A DNA stretch of 63,788 nt, filler included, from Lama guanicoe (GCA_013239625.1; 170 parts of 170 records of this genome joined end to end with filler, not necessarily neighbours in it); one strand, 5' to 3'. Positions 25,048 through 37,078 are shown, numbered from the whole stretch's first letter. The notes: generated by a model not told the origin, from the sequence alone. Program-made: numbers and translations.

Positions 25048-25147
25048 NNNNNNNNNNNNNNNNNNNNNNNNNNNNNNNNNNNNNNNNNNNNTTAATTAAT
25101 TAANNNNNNNNNNNNNNNNNNNNNNNNNNNNNNNNNNNNNNNNNNNN

Positions 25148-25423
25148 GAGGACTGGTGACACTGGTCATTCACGAACTTGGAATAAGCCCACGGACGTAA
25201 GCAATGCACCTGCCACACCACCCAGCCTGGCAAACAGGGGCCCGTGGGGGCTGGCACTTCTCCTCTTGCCCTTCCTGCTGATTGTAAGACGGCAGTCCCG
25301 GCCCCTGGGCAGACTGGCCTGGGATGTTCTGCCACTGACTGGGTGAATTTAGGAGAGTCGCTAAACTTCCCTCAGACTCAGTTTTCTAATCTGTAAAATA
25401 GGGATGGCAGTGGCACCTACCTC
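25148..25423 (+). other. Assembly bubble arm A (partner 36803-37078); 3' ~95 nt is a MIR fragment
   Basis: Same ends and length as 36803-37078 with 11 substitutions. ctcagttttctaatctgtaaaatagggat...cacctacctc is the MIR core. Confidence 0.92.
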
Positions 25424-26275
25424 NNNNNNNNNNNNNNNNNNNNNNNNNNNNNNNNNNNNNNNNNNNNTTAATTAATTAANNNNNNNNNNNNNNNNNNNNN
25501 NNNNNNNNNNNNNNNNNNNNNNNCAGGAGAGAGGCCCAGGACAGATCCCTCTCTCACCCTCAGAAGAGACCAGTCCTGTGGCTTCAATAGCAAACAAACA
25601 CATTATTTCCTCTTCTCATTTCACAAGAAGAGACTGAAAGCTGCTGTTTATGCAAAGGGTGGTCCTGGTCAGTTGTTTTCAGTGTTTCGGTCCTTATGCC
25701 TTTCACAGATCTGATTGAAATGCTGGATCTCTTCCTTGTTAGTTTTGTAATCTTGGACATGTACCATAATTTAGTTGAGACTTGTTTTCATTATCTGCAN
25801 NNNNNNNNNNNNNNNNNNNNNNNNNNNNNNNNNNNNNNNNNNNTTAATTAATTAANNNNNNNNNNNNNNNNNNNNNNNNNNNNNNNNNNNNNNNNNNNNC
25901 TTGCATGCAGCTTACATCCTTGCTACAGACCACAAACAATACACATAAGTCAGGAAACTACTGAGAATGGTGGAAGAGCAAGGAAAGGTTAATGAGGACA
26001 CAGAAAGGAGTTGTGGTGGTCAGGGGAAGCCCCGCCAAGGAGAACTCAAGGAAGGGCTTTCCGGTCCTGGTATTTTCCACGAATGACAACAAGGCGAGTG
26101 TGACCGGAAGATGTGGGAGGTGAGACCCAGGGCCAGAGCAGGCAGGGCTTTACAGCACATTGGCAGGATGTTGGCNNNNNNNNNNNNNNNNNNNNNNNNN
26201 NNNNNNNNNNNNNNNNNNNTTAATTAATTAANNNNNNNNNNNNNNNNNNNNNNNNNNNNNNNNNNNNNNNNNNNN

Positions 26276-26551
26276 ACACAGCAGATAAAGAAGAAATCTA
26301 AGCATACCAGTAGAAAAAGTCATCCAACCTCAAAGGGAGAGAGCAAGAGAAGGAACAGAGAGGATCTACAAAACAGTCAGAAAATAATGAACAAAATGGC
26401 CATGAGGACGTATCTTTCAATAATGACTTTAAATGTTAATGGACTAAATTCTCCAGTCAAAAGACAAATAGCTGAACAGACAAAAAACAAGACCTATTCA
26501 TAACGACGCCTAAAAGAGACTTGCTTCAGATGTAAGGACACACACAGACTG
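26276..26551 (+). mobile_element. LINE-1 inter-ORF region and ORF2 endonuclease start
   Basis: ATG at 26396: MAMRTYLSIMTLNVNGLNSPVKR (consensus SIITLNVNGLNSPIKR). Confidence 0.9.
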
Positions 26552-27516
26552 NNNNNNNNNNNNNNNNNNNNNNNNNNNNNNNNNNNNNNNNNNNNTTAAT
26601 TAATTAANNNNNNNNNNNNNNNNNNNNNNNNNNNNNNNNNNNNNNNNNNNNTGTGCTGGTTTTAGGTTGTGCGGCGGTGTGCTCCTTGCACACCGTGGAA
26701 ATAGGATTAGTGAGACTTTGTATGAGGGGCAGTAGGCTTCCCTCCCGTCTTAATGGGGTTTGAACACCCAGCAGTTTTGGGGTGCCTGAAGCTGAGCAAA
26801 GGTGGCGTCTGCTTGTCCGACCCCACGGGTCTCGTGCCAGCCTTCCCGGGACCAGCGGTGCTCGTGCAGGTGTGGTCATTCCATCCTGGTATCTGAGGAA
26901 GGCATCTCCCTTCGAATTATGGATGCGNNNNNNNNNNNNNNNNNNNNNNNNNNNNNNNNNNNNNNNNNNNNTTAATTAATTAANNNNNNNNNNNNNNNNN
27001 NNNNNNNNNNNNNNNNNNNNNNNNNNNAAAAAAAAATAAGAAAAAGAAACAAAATGGTTGAATTAAAAAATGTTTCTCCTGCATTGTTGGTCTTTTTCTT
27101 CTTAGTGTGTAAGGGACTCCGATGCTTTTGCCATTTGTGTTACAAATATTTTCCCAATTTTGTCTTTGCCTTTTATTTATGGTATTATTTTCCTATGCAG
27201 AAAGTTTAATTACTATATAGGCAATGTGCCAATTTTTTAAATTATAATTTCTAGATTTTATGTTACATTTAGAGACGTTTTCCTTCATGTATACATATTT
27301 TTTNNNNNNNNNNNNNNNNNNNNNNNNNNNNNNNNNNNNNNNNNNNNTTAATTAATTAANNNNNNNNNNNNNNNNNNNNNNNNNNNNNNNNNNNNNNNNN
27401 NNNTATTTATCTTGGTTACTGAGAATTTTACCAGCCTCTTAAATTCTGTACCTGATGTAAGTTCCTTCTTAATCTGAGCCCTGCTCCAGACTTGTTCAAA
27501 TATTCCTGCTGATTTA

Positions 27517-27679
27517 GAGTGGTGATTCAAACTTTGGCCTGTATCAAAATCACCTGGAGGGCTTGTTGAAACGGATGGTGAGCCTCAATCCCAAAGTTTC
27601 TGATTCAGTCAGTCTAAGGTGGGGCCTGAGAATGCGCATCTTTAAATCCTTAGGCAATGCTGAAGCTGCTGTCAAGGGC
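27517..27679. mobile_element. MER5A-type hAT-Charlie MITE
   Basis: aatcacctggagggcttgttgaaac...tttctgattcagtcagtctaaggtggggcctgagaatgcgcat. Confidence 0.85.
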
Positions 27680-28907
27680 NNNNNNNNNNNNNNNNNNNNN
27701 NNNNNNNNNNNNNNNNNNNNNNNTTAATTAATTAANNNNNNNNNNNNNNNNNNNNNNNNNNNNNNNNNNNNNNNNNNNNGGGTCAGTTCCCTTGGTCTGA
27801 TAACTTGGGGTCTCTGCCAGCCCCCAAGGAGGGTGACTGAGGCTTCCACTCCTCTTAGCCTTGATCCCAGTTCCTACCCAGACGTGGGAAATTCAGACAT
27901 CTCTCCCCATGCTGCCCCTGCTGGGCGAGCTGTTCTTGTGAAGTGGGCCATATTTGTTAGGAAGCACTGTTCCCTTTCTATGAGGTGACAAATTTGGGTG
28001 AAGGCTAGTTTACACAGGTGTCTCCGCCTTGAGCGCGCGGCCCCGCCCCCGGGCCNNNNNNNNNNNNNNNNNNNNNNNNNNNNNNNNNNNNNNNNNNNNT
28101 TAATTAATTAANNNNNNNNNNNNNNNNNNNNNNNNNNNNNNNNNNNNNNNNNNNNTAATTTGCTGGAATGACACAATTAGCGAAGTAGTTAAGATGCCTT
28201 CTTGGAAGTCTGGGTTCTGACTCATCCAAGTCCTTTCCTCTCAATTAACCCAACAGTCTGCTTTTGAGTGTCTGGAGTCAAAAGGGGAGACTCCAGTTGA
28301 AAACTAATGAAACAAGAATATCAAACTTCACATCACAAATGGTTAGGTTTCATTTTTGTGACTTTGAAAAGAGTTCCTTTAACTTTGTTCTATGAACTGA
28401 TACTTATTACCTTGTGAAGAATAAATAGGAGNNNNNNNNNNNNNNNNNNNNNNNNNNNNNNNNNNNNNNNNNNNNTTAATTAATTAANNNNNNNNNNNNN
28501 NNNNNNNNNNNNNNNNNNNNNNNNNNNNNNNATAGCATTGGTTCAAAGCTAAGTTTGGCTAATTTCTAGTTAGGCGAGCTAGGACAAGTTACTTAACTTT
28601 CTTGTGGTTTAGTTTAGTTGTTGTTGTTGTTTTTAATAAACACACTTACTACTTGGGTTGGATTGTGCGTTTAGGAAAGTTAAAGCAAACTTTCCAGAGC
28701 AGAGAACCTTTCTTGTTGAACTCCATCAAACCTGCAACAGAGAGCAAAGGTATTAAGAAACAAAGCATTTCCCTTTCACACCATATAAAAGCCCAAGTTA
28801 AAACAACNNNNNNNNNNNNNNNNNNNNNNNNNNNNNNNNNNNNNNNNNNNNTTAATTAATTAANNNNNNNNNNNNNNNNNNNNNNNNNNNNNNNNNNNNN
28901 NNNNNNN

Positions 28908-29040
28908 CCTCGTAATAGCCTATAATGAAAAAGAATGTGAAAAAGAATACATATATGTGTATGAATAACTGAGTCGTTTTGCTGGACACCAGAAATGAAC
29001 ACAACATTGTGAGCCGATTAAATACTAAAATTAAAAATGC
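28908..29040 (+). mobile_element. Artiodactyl LINE-1 3' terminus
   Basis: gtaatagcctataatgaaaaagaatgtgaaaaagaatac...ctggacaccagaaatgaacacaacattgt. Confidence 0.85.
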
Positions 29041-30411
29041 CCCACAGTCTGCACGGGAGCAGACATGCGTGTGCTCCGGACTCACGCAGGGAACGGCGCC
29101 GTCACAGGGAGGTGCCATGAGTGTGGCCATGTTTCTAGCACTAACATTCAGTATTGATCTCGATGATATTTAAGGTTCTGTCANNNNNNNNNNNNNNNNN
29201 NNNNNNNNNNNNNNNNNNNNNNNNNNNTTAATTAATTAANNNNNNNNNNNNNNNNNNNNNNNNNNNNNNNNNNNNNNNNNNNNTTGTGCTAAGTTACTTG
29301 TATGCGTTAGCTCATGTTGGAATTAAACCATTTCATTCACTCTACAGAGTATTATTGGATATCCATTGCGGGCACTGTTCTAGGTATTTGGAATATATAA
29401 GTGAATGAAAGAGGCACAGGGCTCTACCTTCAGAGAGACCACAGTCTGGAAAAGTCATCTGGGAGTTCCTCTTTCTCACTGCATTCAGATTCTTAGATAA
29501 TCATGTGTTTATTATCAAGAGGTTCAAGGCAAAATCAGGGCTTCTTCACTCTAGTTAAGNNNNNNNNNNNNNNNNNNNNNNNNNNNNNNNNNNNNNNNNN
29601 NNNTTAATTAATTAANNNNNNNNNNNNNNNNNNNNNNNNNNNNNNNNNNNNNNNNNNNNAAAACTAAAAAGCAAAAATGTCAGCCTCAACAAAGATTTTA
29701 AAAAATAAAGAGTATTACATAATAACATTAGAAAACCTATATATAATAGACAGATGCCAAGAAATTACAGGATGTCAAAGTTGGCAGAGAAGAAATGGAG
29801 AACTTAAATATTCCAGTTAAATTCCAATAATACTTAATACTTAAATATCAGTAATTACTAGCTGAAATGATGTCTAAAAGACAAATCATCCCCTCAAATT
29901 TCAAGTACAGACTGTTTTACACATTAGTGTTACTANNNNNNNNNNNNNNNNNNNNNNNNNNNNNNNNNNNNNNNNNNNNTTAATTAATTAANNNNNNNNN
30001 NNNNNNNNNNNNNNNNNNNNNNNNNNNNNNNNNNNGAAGTGGATGATGGCCTGAATTGGCCTCCCAGGCTGGACTTCGTGCAGGCAGGCCCCATTTGGGT
30101 GTGAAACCCAAGCCTGGCCCTAACTTCTGGAATCCTGGAGCTCTCTGCCTGCGATCCTGTGGTTGATTTGAGATTGTTACCTGATTCCAAGTGGTCAGAG
30201 TCCTCAGGACAGTAGACAAAGGCCCTTGTCCTGTCCTCTCCGGCCCTAGAGCAAGGGGCACACCCCTGCTGCCTACAGCTGACTCCTCCTCTCCCCATTT
30301 TCCTCCCAAAANNNNNNNNNNNNNNNNNNNNNNNNNNNNNNNNNNNNNNNNNNNNTTAATTAATTAANNNNNNNNNNNNNNNNNNNNNNNNNNNNNNNNN
30401 NNNNNNNNNNN

Positions 30412-30687
30412 CGAGCTAAGGGATTCCATTTGAACCTACGAGCTGCCGACCTTTGTTGTAACCTCCCCAGGCTGAGGATTCAGGAACCATTCTCTGTGCA
30501 TTGGGGAGCTCGAAAGACAACTCCACGCAGCTACTTCAGTCACAGATGTTCCCTGATAGGGGGAACTCTTATAATTAACTTCCCTGAGCATGGGGATGCA
30601 GCCACTGCCACTGGGTTTTCCAGCACAACCCACTAGCTTTCCCTGGCAGCCAGAATCAGGAAAACACTCAGGGGAGATGAGCAAAGG
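30412..30687 (-). repeat. ~266-bp satellite monomer (copy 3, reverse strand)
   Basis: Reverse complement contains catctcccctgagtgttttc, ctggctgccagggaaagctag, gttgtgctggaaa, cccagtggcag and ggctgcatccccat, all shared with 24772-25047. Confidence 0.88.
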
Positions 30688-31539
30688 NNNNNNNNNNNNN
30701 NNNNNNNNNNNNNNNNNNNNNNNNNNNNNNNTTAATTAATTAANNNNNNNNNNNNNNNNNNNNNNNNNNNNNNNNNNNNNNNNNNNNTTTTTTTTTCTGG
30801 TGCCACCAGAACATTCCCACATCACCCTGAGGACCTGAATGCTGAGCCTGAACAAACCCTGATCTAATCTGCTATCCACCTCCAGACCCCTCCCAAGTAC
30901 AGCCAGCCCTGTGATGAACGTTGCCTGGCTAGTTCTCATCCTGGATCCATTTGCCCCCTCCTGCTGCGTAGGTCAGCAATGAACGTCTTTGGGTGAGCAT
31001 GTGTTCAGATGAAAAACTACCTCCCCATTCTTCCTTGGACCTGGAGGGAAGCCAGAGACGGGANNNNNNNNNNNNNNNNNNNNNNNNNNNNNNNNNNNNN
31101 NNNNNNNTTAATTAATTAANNNNNNNNNNNNNNNNNNNNNNNNNNNNNNNNNNNNNNNNNNNNAATACGGGAGTGGGTGAAGTAGAATGTCACTTCCCTC
31201 TCCAAGTACCTTATCAGAATAGTCTTCCTCCTCTTTTCCAGGTGGGAGACAATTTATGGTTCTTTTTAGATTGCCTCTGTGGGGTTTGGAACCTGAGGGG
31301 TGTAGTCCTCCCTCTTCCTGGGTGCAGACACTGTATCAATGACTTTGTATCTGACACAGTGTCATTGCTTTCTAGCAACTGCTTCTTCTAAGCTAGTGTT
31401 AAGGTGATTGCACACTGTATATCAAAGGATTAATTGTATNNNNNNNNNNNNNNNNNNNNNNNNNNNNNNNNNNNNNNNNNNNNTTAATTAATTAANNNNN
31501 NNNNNNNNNNNNNNNNNNNNNNNNNNNNNNNNNNNNNNN

Positions 31540-31815
31540 ACAGAGCTACAGTAATCAAAAGAGTGTGGTATTGGCACAAAAACAGACACACAGATCAATG
31601 GAACAGATCAGAGAGCCCAGAGACAAACCCTCACGCCCACAGTCAACTAATCTTTGACAAAGAAGACAAGAAGATACAGTGCAGAAAAGACAGTCTCTTC
31701 AGCAAATGGCGTTGGGAAAGCTGGACAGCCACTTGTAAATCAAGGAAGTGAGAACGCTCCCTCACGCCATACACAAAAATAAACTCAAAATGGCTTGAAG
31801 ACTTAAACGTAAGAC
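31540..31815 (+). mobile_element. LINE-1 ORF2 fragment
   Basis: [40 protein letters not shown]...[12 protein letters not shown], then an in-frame TGA. Confidence 0.95.
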
Positions 31816-31915
31816 NNNNNNNNNNNNNNNNNNNNNNNNNNNNNNNNNNNNNNNNNNNNTTAATTAATTAANNNNNNNNNNNNNNNNNNNNNNNNNNNNN
31901 NNNNNNNNNNNNNNN

Positions 31916-32179
31916 GTCCCGGCTAAGAGGTGTGTAAGTGTAAAATACACACCAGGCCTCAAAGGCTTAGAACAGCAACAACAACAGAACATAAAATGCC
32001 TCATTGATGAATTTACGTTGATTGCATGCTGAAATGAGAACGTTTCAGATAATGTGGGGTTAACTAAAATATAGTATTAGAAATAATTTCGCCTGTTTCT
32101 TTTCACTTTTTTAATGTGACTACTAAAGAATTTTAAATTACGTAGGTGGTTCGCGTTATGTTTCCGCTGGACAGTGCTG
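31916..32179. mobile_element. MER33-type hAT-Charlie element with terminal inverted repeat end
   Basis: aagtgtaaaatacacacc...aataatttcgcctgtttcttttcacttttttaatgtgactact...tggacagtgctg. Confidence 0.8.
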
Positions 32180-32314
32180 GTCGAGATGCCGNNNNNNNNN
32201 NNNNNNNNNNNNNNNNNNNNNNNNNNNNNNNNNNNTTAATTAATTAANNNNNNNNNNNNNNNNNNNNNNNNNNNNNNNNNNNNNNNNNNNNACAGTCCAC
32301 AGCAAGTTTCTTCT

Positions 32315-32566
32315 TTCTTTTTTTCCTAATTTATTTATTTAAAATTGAGGTAAAATTAGTTACAATGTATCAATTCCTGGTGTGCAGCACAATGTCCCAG
32401 TCACGCATATACACACATACATATATTCATTTTCATATTCTTTTTCATTAAGAGTTATTATAAGATACTGAATATAGCTCCCTGTGCTGTACAGAAGAAA
32501 TCTGCTTTTTATGTATCTTTATATGTAGTGGTTAACATTTGCAAATCTCAAACTCCCAAATTTATC
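32315..32566 (-). mobile_element. Camelid-type LINE-1 3' UTR with poly(T) (antisense tail)
   Basis: aatgtcccagtcacgcatatac...tattcttttcattaagagttattataagatactgaatatagctccctgtgctg. Confidence 0.9.
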
Positions 32567-33042
32567 NNNNNNNNNNNNNNNNNNNNNNNNNNNNNNNNNN
32601 NNNNNNNNNNTTAATTAATTAANNNNNNNNNNNNNNNNNNNNNNNNNNNNNNNNNNNNNNNNNNNNAAAAAAATGGTAGAAAGACATGAATTTTAACAAA
32701 TGTTTATGAAATAAATAAAGTGGTAAAAGTCTTAATTACTCCTGATTTGGGATTACCTCAAGCACTGTTATTGGAACTAGATCAATTTTCAATATAGAAG
32801 CTAGATAAACAGTTCTTTATCCAATTTATTTAACTTTTAATGAAATAGAATTCAACCCTGTTAACCTAGTGTTTCCATATTATAAATATTTTAAATTGGA
32901 CATTTAGCACCTGAGGCGCAATGCATAGGAAATATGATTTATNNNNNNNNNNNNNNNNNNNNNNNNNNNNNNNNNNNNNNNNNNNNTTAATTAATTAANN
33001 NNNNNNNNNNNNNNNNNNNNNNNNNNNNNNNNNNNNNNNNNN

Positions 33043-33123
33043 TTGTGTAACTTGCTTTATTGCAATAATCACTTTGCTGCAGTGATCTGGAACTGAATCC
33101 ACAATATCTCAGAGGTATGCCTG
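33043..33123 (+). mobile_element. Tigger1 (TcMar) 3' end with TIR followed by TA target site
   Basis: gctttattgcaataatcactttgctgcagtgatctggaactgaatccacaatatctcagaggtatgcctg|TA. Confidence 0.85.
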
Positions 33124-33318
33124 TATTTAGATCCTCTGCCCATTTTAAAATCAAATCATTTGTTTTTTTGCTTAAGTTGTATGAGTTCTTTACATATTTT
33201 AGATATTAATCCATTATCAGATATATGATTTGCAAATATTTTCTTCTTTTTGTTAAGCTGTTTTGTCACTTTGTTGATGGTTTCCTTTGCTGTGCAGAAG
33301 CTTTTTGGTTTGATGTAG
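33124..33318 (-). mobile_element. LINE-1 ORF2 fragment flanking the Tigger1 end
   Basis: tcctctgcccattttaaaatc...ccattatcagatatatgatttgcaaatattttc...tttgctgtgcagaagcttttt. Confidence 0.9.
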
Positions 33319-33424
33319 NNNNNNNNNNNNNNNNNNNNNNNNNNNNNNNNNNNNNNNNNNNNTTAATTAATTAANNNNNNNNNNNNNNNNNNNNNNNNNN
33401 NNNNNNNNNNNNNNNNNNCGCTGA

Positions 33425-33476
33425 TGCTGCCACCTAGTGGCAGAGTTTAACAACATCTTAAAAAGGAATGACGTCA
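33425..33476. promoter_or_regulatory. Candidate CTCF site (33425-33442) plus perfect CRE palindrome TGACGTCA (33469-33476)
   Basis: Minus strand reads TGCCACTAGGTGGCAGCA, a near-ideal CTCF core; motif match only. Confidence 0.5.
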
Positions 33477-33934
33477 GTCATTGCACAAGAAATGGTGCAT
33501 ACTCTTTATTTGAACAAGTGTATACTCACAGAGACCGTGCTAATAGGAGATGAATAAAGAGCAGAAGGGGGACAGCTAATTAAGAATGTGAAATAGTGCA
33601 TCTCATGGTGGTGAAAGTATAACAAACTTTAACAAACTTTGACCCTCATGTTCAAAAATAATACGAAATATTTAAAACTAGGTTTTTAAGAATTNNNNNN
33701 NNNNNNNNNNNNNNNNNNNNNNNNNNNNNNNNNNNNNNTTAATTAATTAANNNNNNNNNNNNNNNNNNNNNNNNNNNNNNNNNNNNNNNNNNNNTTAGGG
33801 GTAAGTAAGCCGTTTCAGAGGCAAAAAGTGAGATCGAGCCTCTCGGCCAGGGAGCCGGATGGTGCCGGCAGGAGAGCAGCGGCCCTGCTTGGCGGTCCTG
33901 CCGGTCTTTTTATGGGGCTTCCAGCCTCAAAAAC

Positions 33935-34070
33935 ACTGAGTATGAGGCTGTAGTGATGGATACACGTCCTTACCCATTTGTCCAGGCCGCCGGGACGGAC
34001 GTCAGCACGCGTGAACCCTGCCGTATCTCCAGACTCCCGGTGGTGGTGCGTCAGGGCAGGTTCATCAGCT
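33935..34070 (+). mobile_element. L1MC1/2-type 3' UTR fragment, GC-shifted
   Basis: tgtagtgatggatacacgtccttacccatttgtcc...gtgaaccctg...aggttcatcagct aligns by eye to the recalled L1MC consensus. Confidence 0.65.
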
Positions 34071-34170
34071 NNNNNNNNNNNNNNNNNNNNNNNNNNNNNN
34101 NNNNNNNNNNNNNNTTAATTAATTAANNNNNNNNNNNNNNNNNNNNNNNNNNNNNNNNNNNNNNNNNNNN

Positions 34171-34446
34171 ACCAAGAGTTTTTAATTTTGATGAAATATA
34201 ATTTTACTATTTTTTTCTTTTTTCAGTTATGATTTCAGTGTCATATGTAAGAAGTCACTGCCTAACCCAATGCATTAAGTTTTGCTTCTACGTATTTTTC
34301 TAAGGGTTATATAGTTTTGGCTATTAAGTTTAGATGCATAAACCATTTTGAGTAAAGTTTTGTGTATGGTGTGACTTAGGCATCCAACTGCATCCTTTTG
34401 CATGTCCAATGGTCTCAGCTCCATTTGTTAAACAAACTTTATTTTC
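34171..34446 (-). mobile_element. Old LINE-1 ORF2 fragment
   Basis: aagtttttaattttgatgaa...tgcctaacccaa...ccattttgagtaaagttttgtgtatggtgtga. Confidence 0.85.
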
Positions 34447-35024
34447 NNNNNNNNNNNNNNNNNNNNNNNNNNNNNNNNNNNNNNNNNNNNTTAATTAATT
34501 AANNNNNNNNNNNNNNNNNNNNNNNNNNNNNNNNNNNNNNNNNNNNTCTTTTAACTATATAATTTTCTTGTGTATACGTTCTTTGGATCAACCCTTAAAA
34601 ATTACTACATTTGCTAAGAATTATTTTTATTCCTTTTACTCTTTTTAGCATGAATTACACCCCTTCTCATTTTTGGGTGCTAATAAATGGATTCATACAT
34701 TGTTCTCAGTTTTGAGAATTTTACAGATTTCCACTGTCTTTCCATCTAATCTTAATCTTTTCAGAAAGGACTGCCTACAACAAGCATCAGACTAGAGACC
34801 TAGCTATCCTAAATTAAAAAGCNNNNNNNNNNNNNNNNNNNNNNNNNNNNNNNNNNNNNNNNNNNNTTAATTAATTAANNNNNNNNNNNNNNNNNNNNNN
34901 NNNNNNNNNNNNNNNNNNNNNNGTCCCTCATGATTCCTCACCTGCTCCAGCTCCTTGGCTTCCAGAAGCAGGCCGGACACTGGCTGTGGGGCTCTTCCTT
35001 GGCTTGTTCCTCTGCCCTGAGCCT

Positions 35025-35165
35025 CGCTGCTCCAAGTGTGGTCCAAGGTCCAGTGATACCGGCATCCAGCAGCAGGCTTTGTAGAAATGTCGTCTCAGGC
35101 TCTACCTGGACACACTGAGTCAGAATCTGCATTTTTGCAAGACCTTCCTGACTTGTACACAGTCC
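35025..35165. mobile_element. MER5A1/MER5B-type hAT MITE
   Basis: ccaagtgtggtcc...ttgtagaaatg...ctcaggc...actgagtcagaatctgcatttt. Confidence 0.75.
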
Positions 35166-36802
35166 ACTTCCTTTAGGTCTTAACTCTTTGTCACCTTTNN
35201 NNNNNNNNNNNNNNNNNNNNNNNNNNNNNNNNNNNNNNNNNNTTAATTAATTAANNNNNNNNNNNNNNNNNNNNNNNNNNNNNNNNNNNNNNNNNNNNAT
35301 ATTTTTGAATAAAGGTCAACATATAGTTCAAGTCAACCATGTCTAATATTTATATTTTACTTTTTACATCTTTTAATTATAAATATTTCTAACATGAAAA
35401 TTCAAAGAATACTACAAGGTATTACCACGTGGTCAACTTGACTTCACATTATCAGCTTTCTCTCATAGTTGATTATTTATCACACACCCACATGCACACA
35501 TACATCATTTACCAAGCTGACCAAAAGTTGCAGATGCTACATAACAATACCATTATCCCACAAGGAATAATAATNNNNNNNNNNNNNNNNNNNNNNNNNN
35601 NNNNNNNNNNNNNNNNNNTTAATTAATTAANNNNNNNNNNNNNNNNNNNNNNNNNNNNNNNNNNNNNNNNNNNNATGAACAAAAACAAAGGGCTCAGCAC
35701 CATCCCATCCATGCACTGGAGTTGGCACTGGAATTCACCTAGGAAATGGTGCAGTTTTTAATAAATCATCCTGTGAGAACTGGTTATCCGGAGGGAAAAC
35801 TCAACATGAACATGAACAAGAAAAAATTTTAACTTCTAGTAAAAAATTTAGAAGTTTACTTTTATGAACTGAGGTAAGGAAGCATTTCTTAACAGAAATA
35901 TGATAGCAAAAAACATTTTAAAATATTGATAATTGACTTTATGTTTCTTANNNNNNNNNNNNNNNNNNNNNNNNNNNNNNNNNNNNNNNNNNNNTTAATT
36001 AATTAANNNNNNNNNNNNNNNNNNNNNNNNNNNNNNNNNNNNNNNNNNNNCTATCTGACTCGGGCTGCAAACAAATCACTGTCTGGCCTTTGAGGCTGCC
36101 GAGCCCCAAGGCACAGATTCAGGTTTCACCCTGGCCCCTACCTGGGTGCCAAGTGCTGGAGGATATGGCAGCCGTGCCTGAGTCCCGCCTCTCCTCTCCT
36201 TGCTGAAAACCTTCCATGGGTTTTCAGAGATGGGGGTATGTACCCTTCCCCCAGGGTGCATACAGCTGTGCTGTTTTATGGCGGGCCCAGGTCGTTCTGC
36301 CCTGGGCACCCACTCATCCACATTGCNNNNNNNNNNNNNNNNNNNNNNNNNNNNNNNNNNNNNNNNNNNNTTAATTAATTAANNNNNNNNNNNNNNNNNN
36401 NNNNNNNNNNNNNNNNNNNNNNNNNNAAAAAAAAAACTAGATAAAATTTTAGCTTTGTTAGTGCAGGAAAAAAATGATAAAAGGCAAAGATGGAAAATCT
36501 ATCAGAGATAATACACTGATAAGTGGTGTCCTTGAACAAACTAGTGAGAGAAACAACTATCAAATGAGTAAATTTACACAATGTAGAGTAACACATTCTT
36601 AAATAAAAATGTAAAATAAATGGCATAACAGATTTAACAAATTTTTAAGTCTGAAAAATGTGTTGAGAATATTTAGGAAGATAAATTAGAGTTATCATAG
36701 TTNNNNNNNNNNNNNNNNNNNNNNNNNNNNNNNNNNNNNNNNNNNNTTAATTAATTAANNNNNNNNNNNNNNNNNNNNNNNNNNNNNNNNNNNNNNNNNN
36801 NN

Positions 36803-37078
36803 GAGGACTGGTGACACTGGTCATTCACGAACTTGGAATAAGCCCACGGACATAAGCAACGCACCTGCCACACCACCCAGCCTGGCAAACGGGGGCCAGT
36901 GGGGGCTGGCACTTCTCCTCCTGCCCTTCCTGCTGATTGTAAGATGGCAGCCCCGGCCCCTGGGCGCACTGGCCTGGGATGTTCTGCCACTGACGGGGTG
37001 AATTTAGGAGAGTCGCTAAACTTCCCTCGGACTCAGTTTTCTAATCTGTAAAATAGGGATGGCAGTGGCACCTACCTC
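36803..37078 (+). other. Assembly bubble arm B (partner 25148-25423)
   Basis: 265/276 identical to 25148-25423 with exactly 49 identical nt at each end. Confidence 0.92.
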
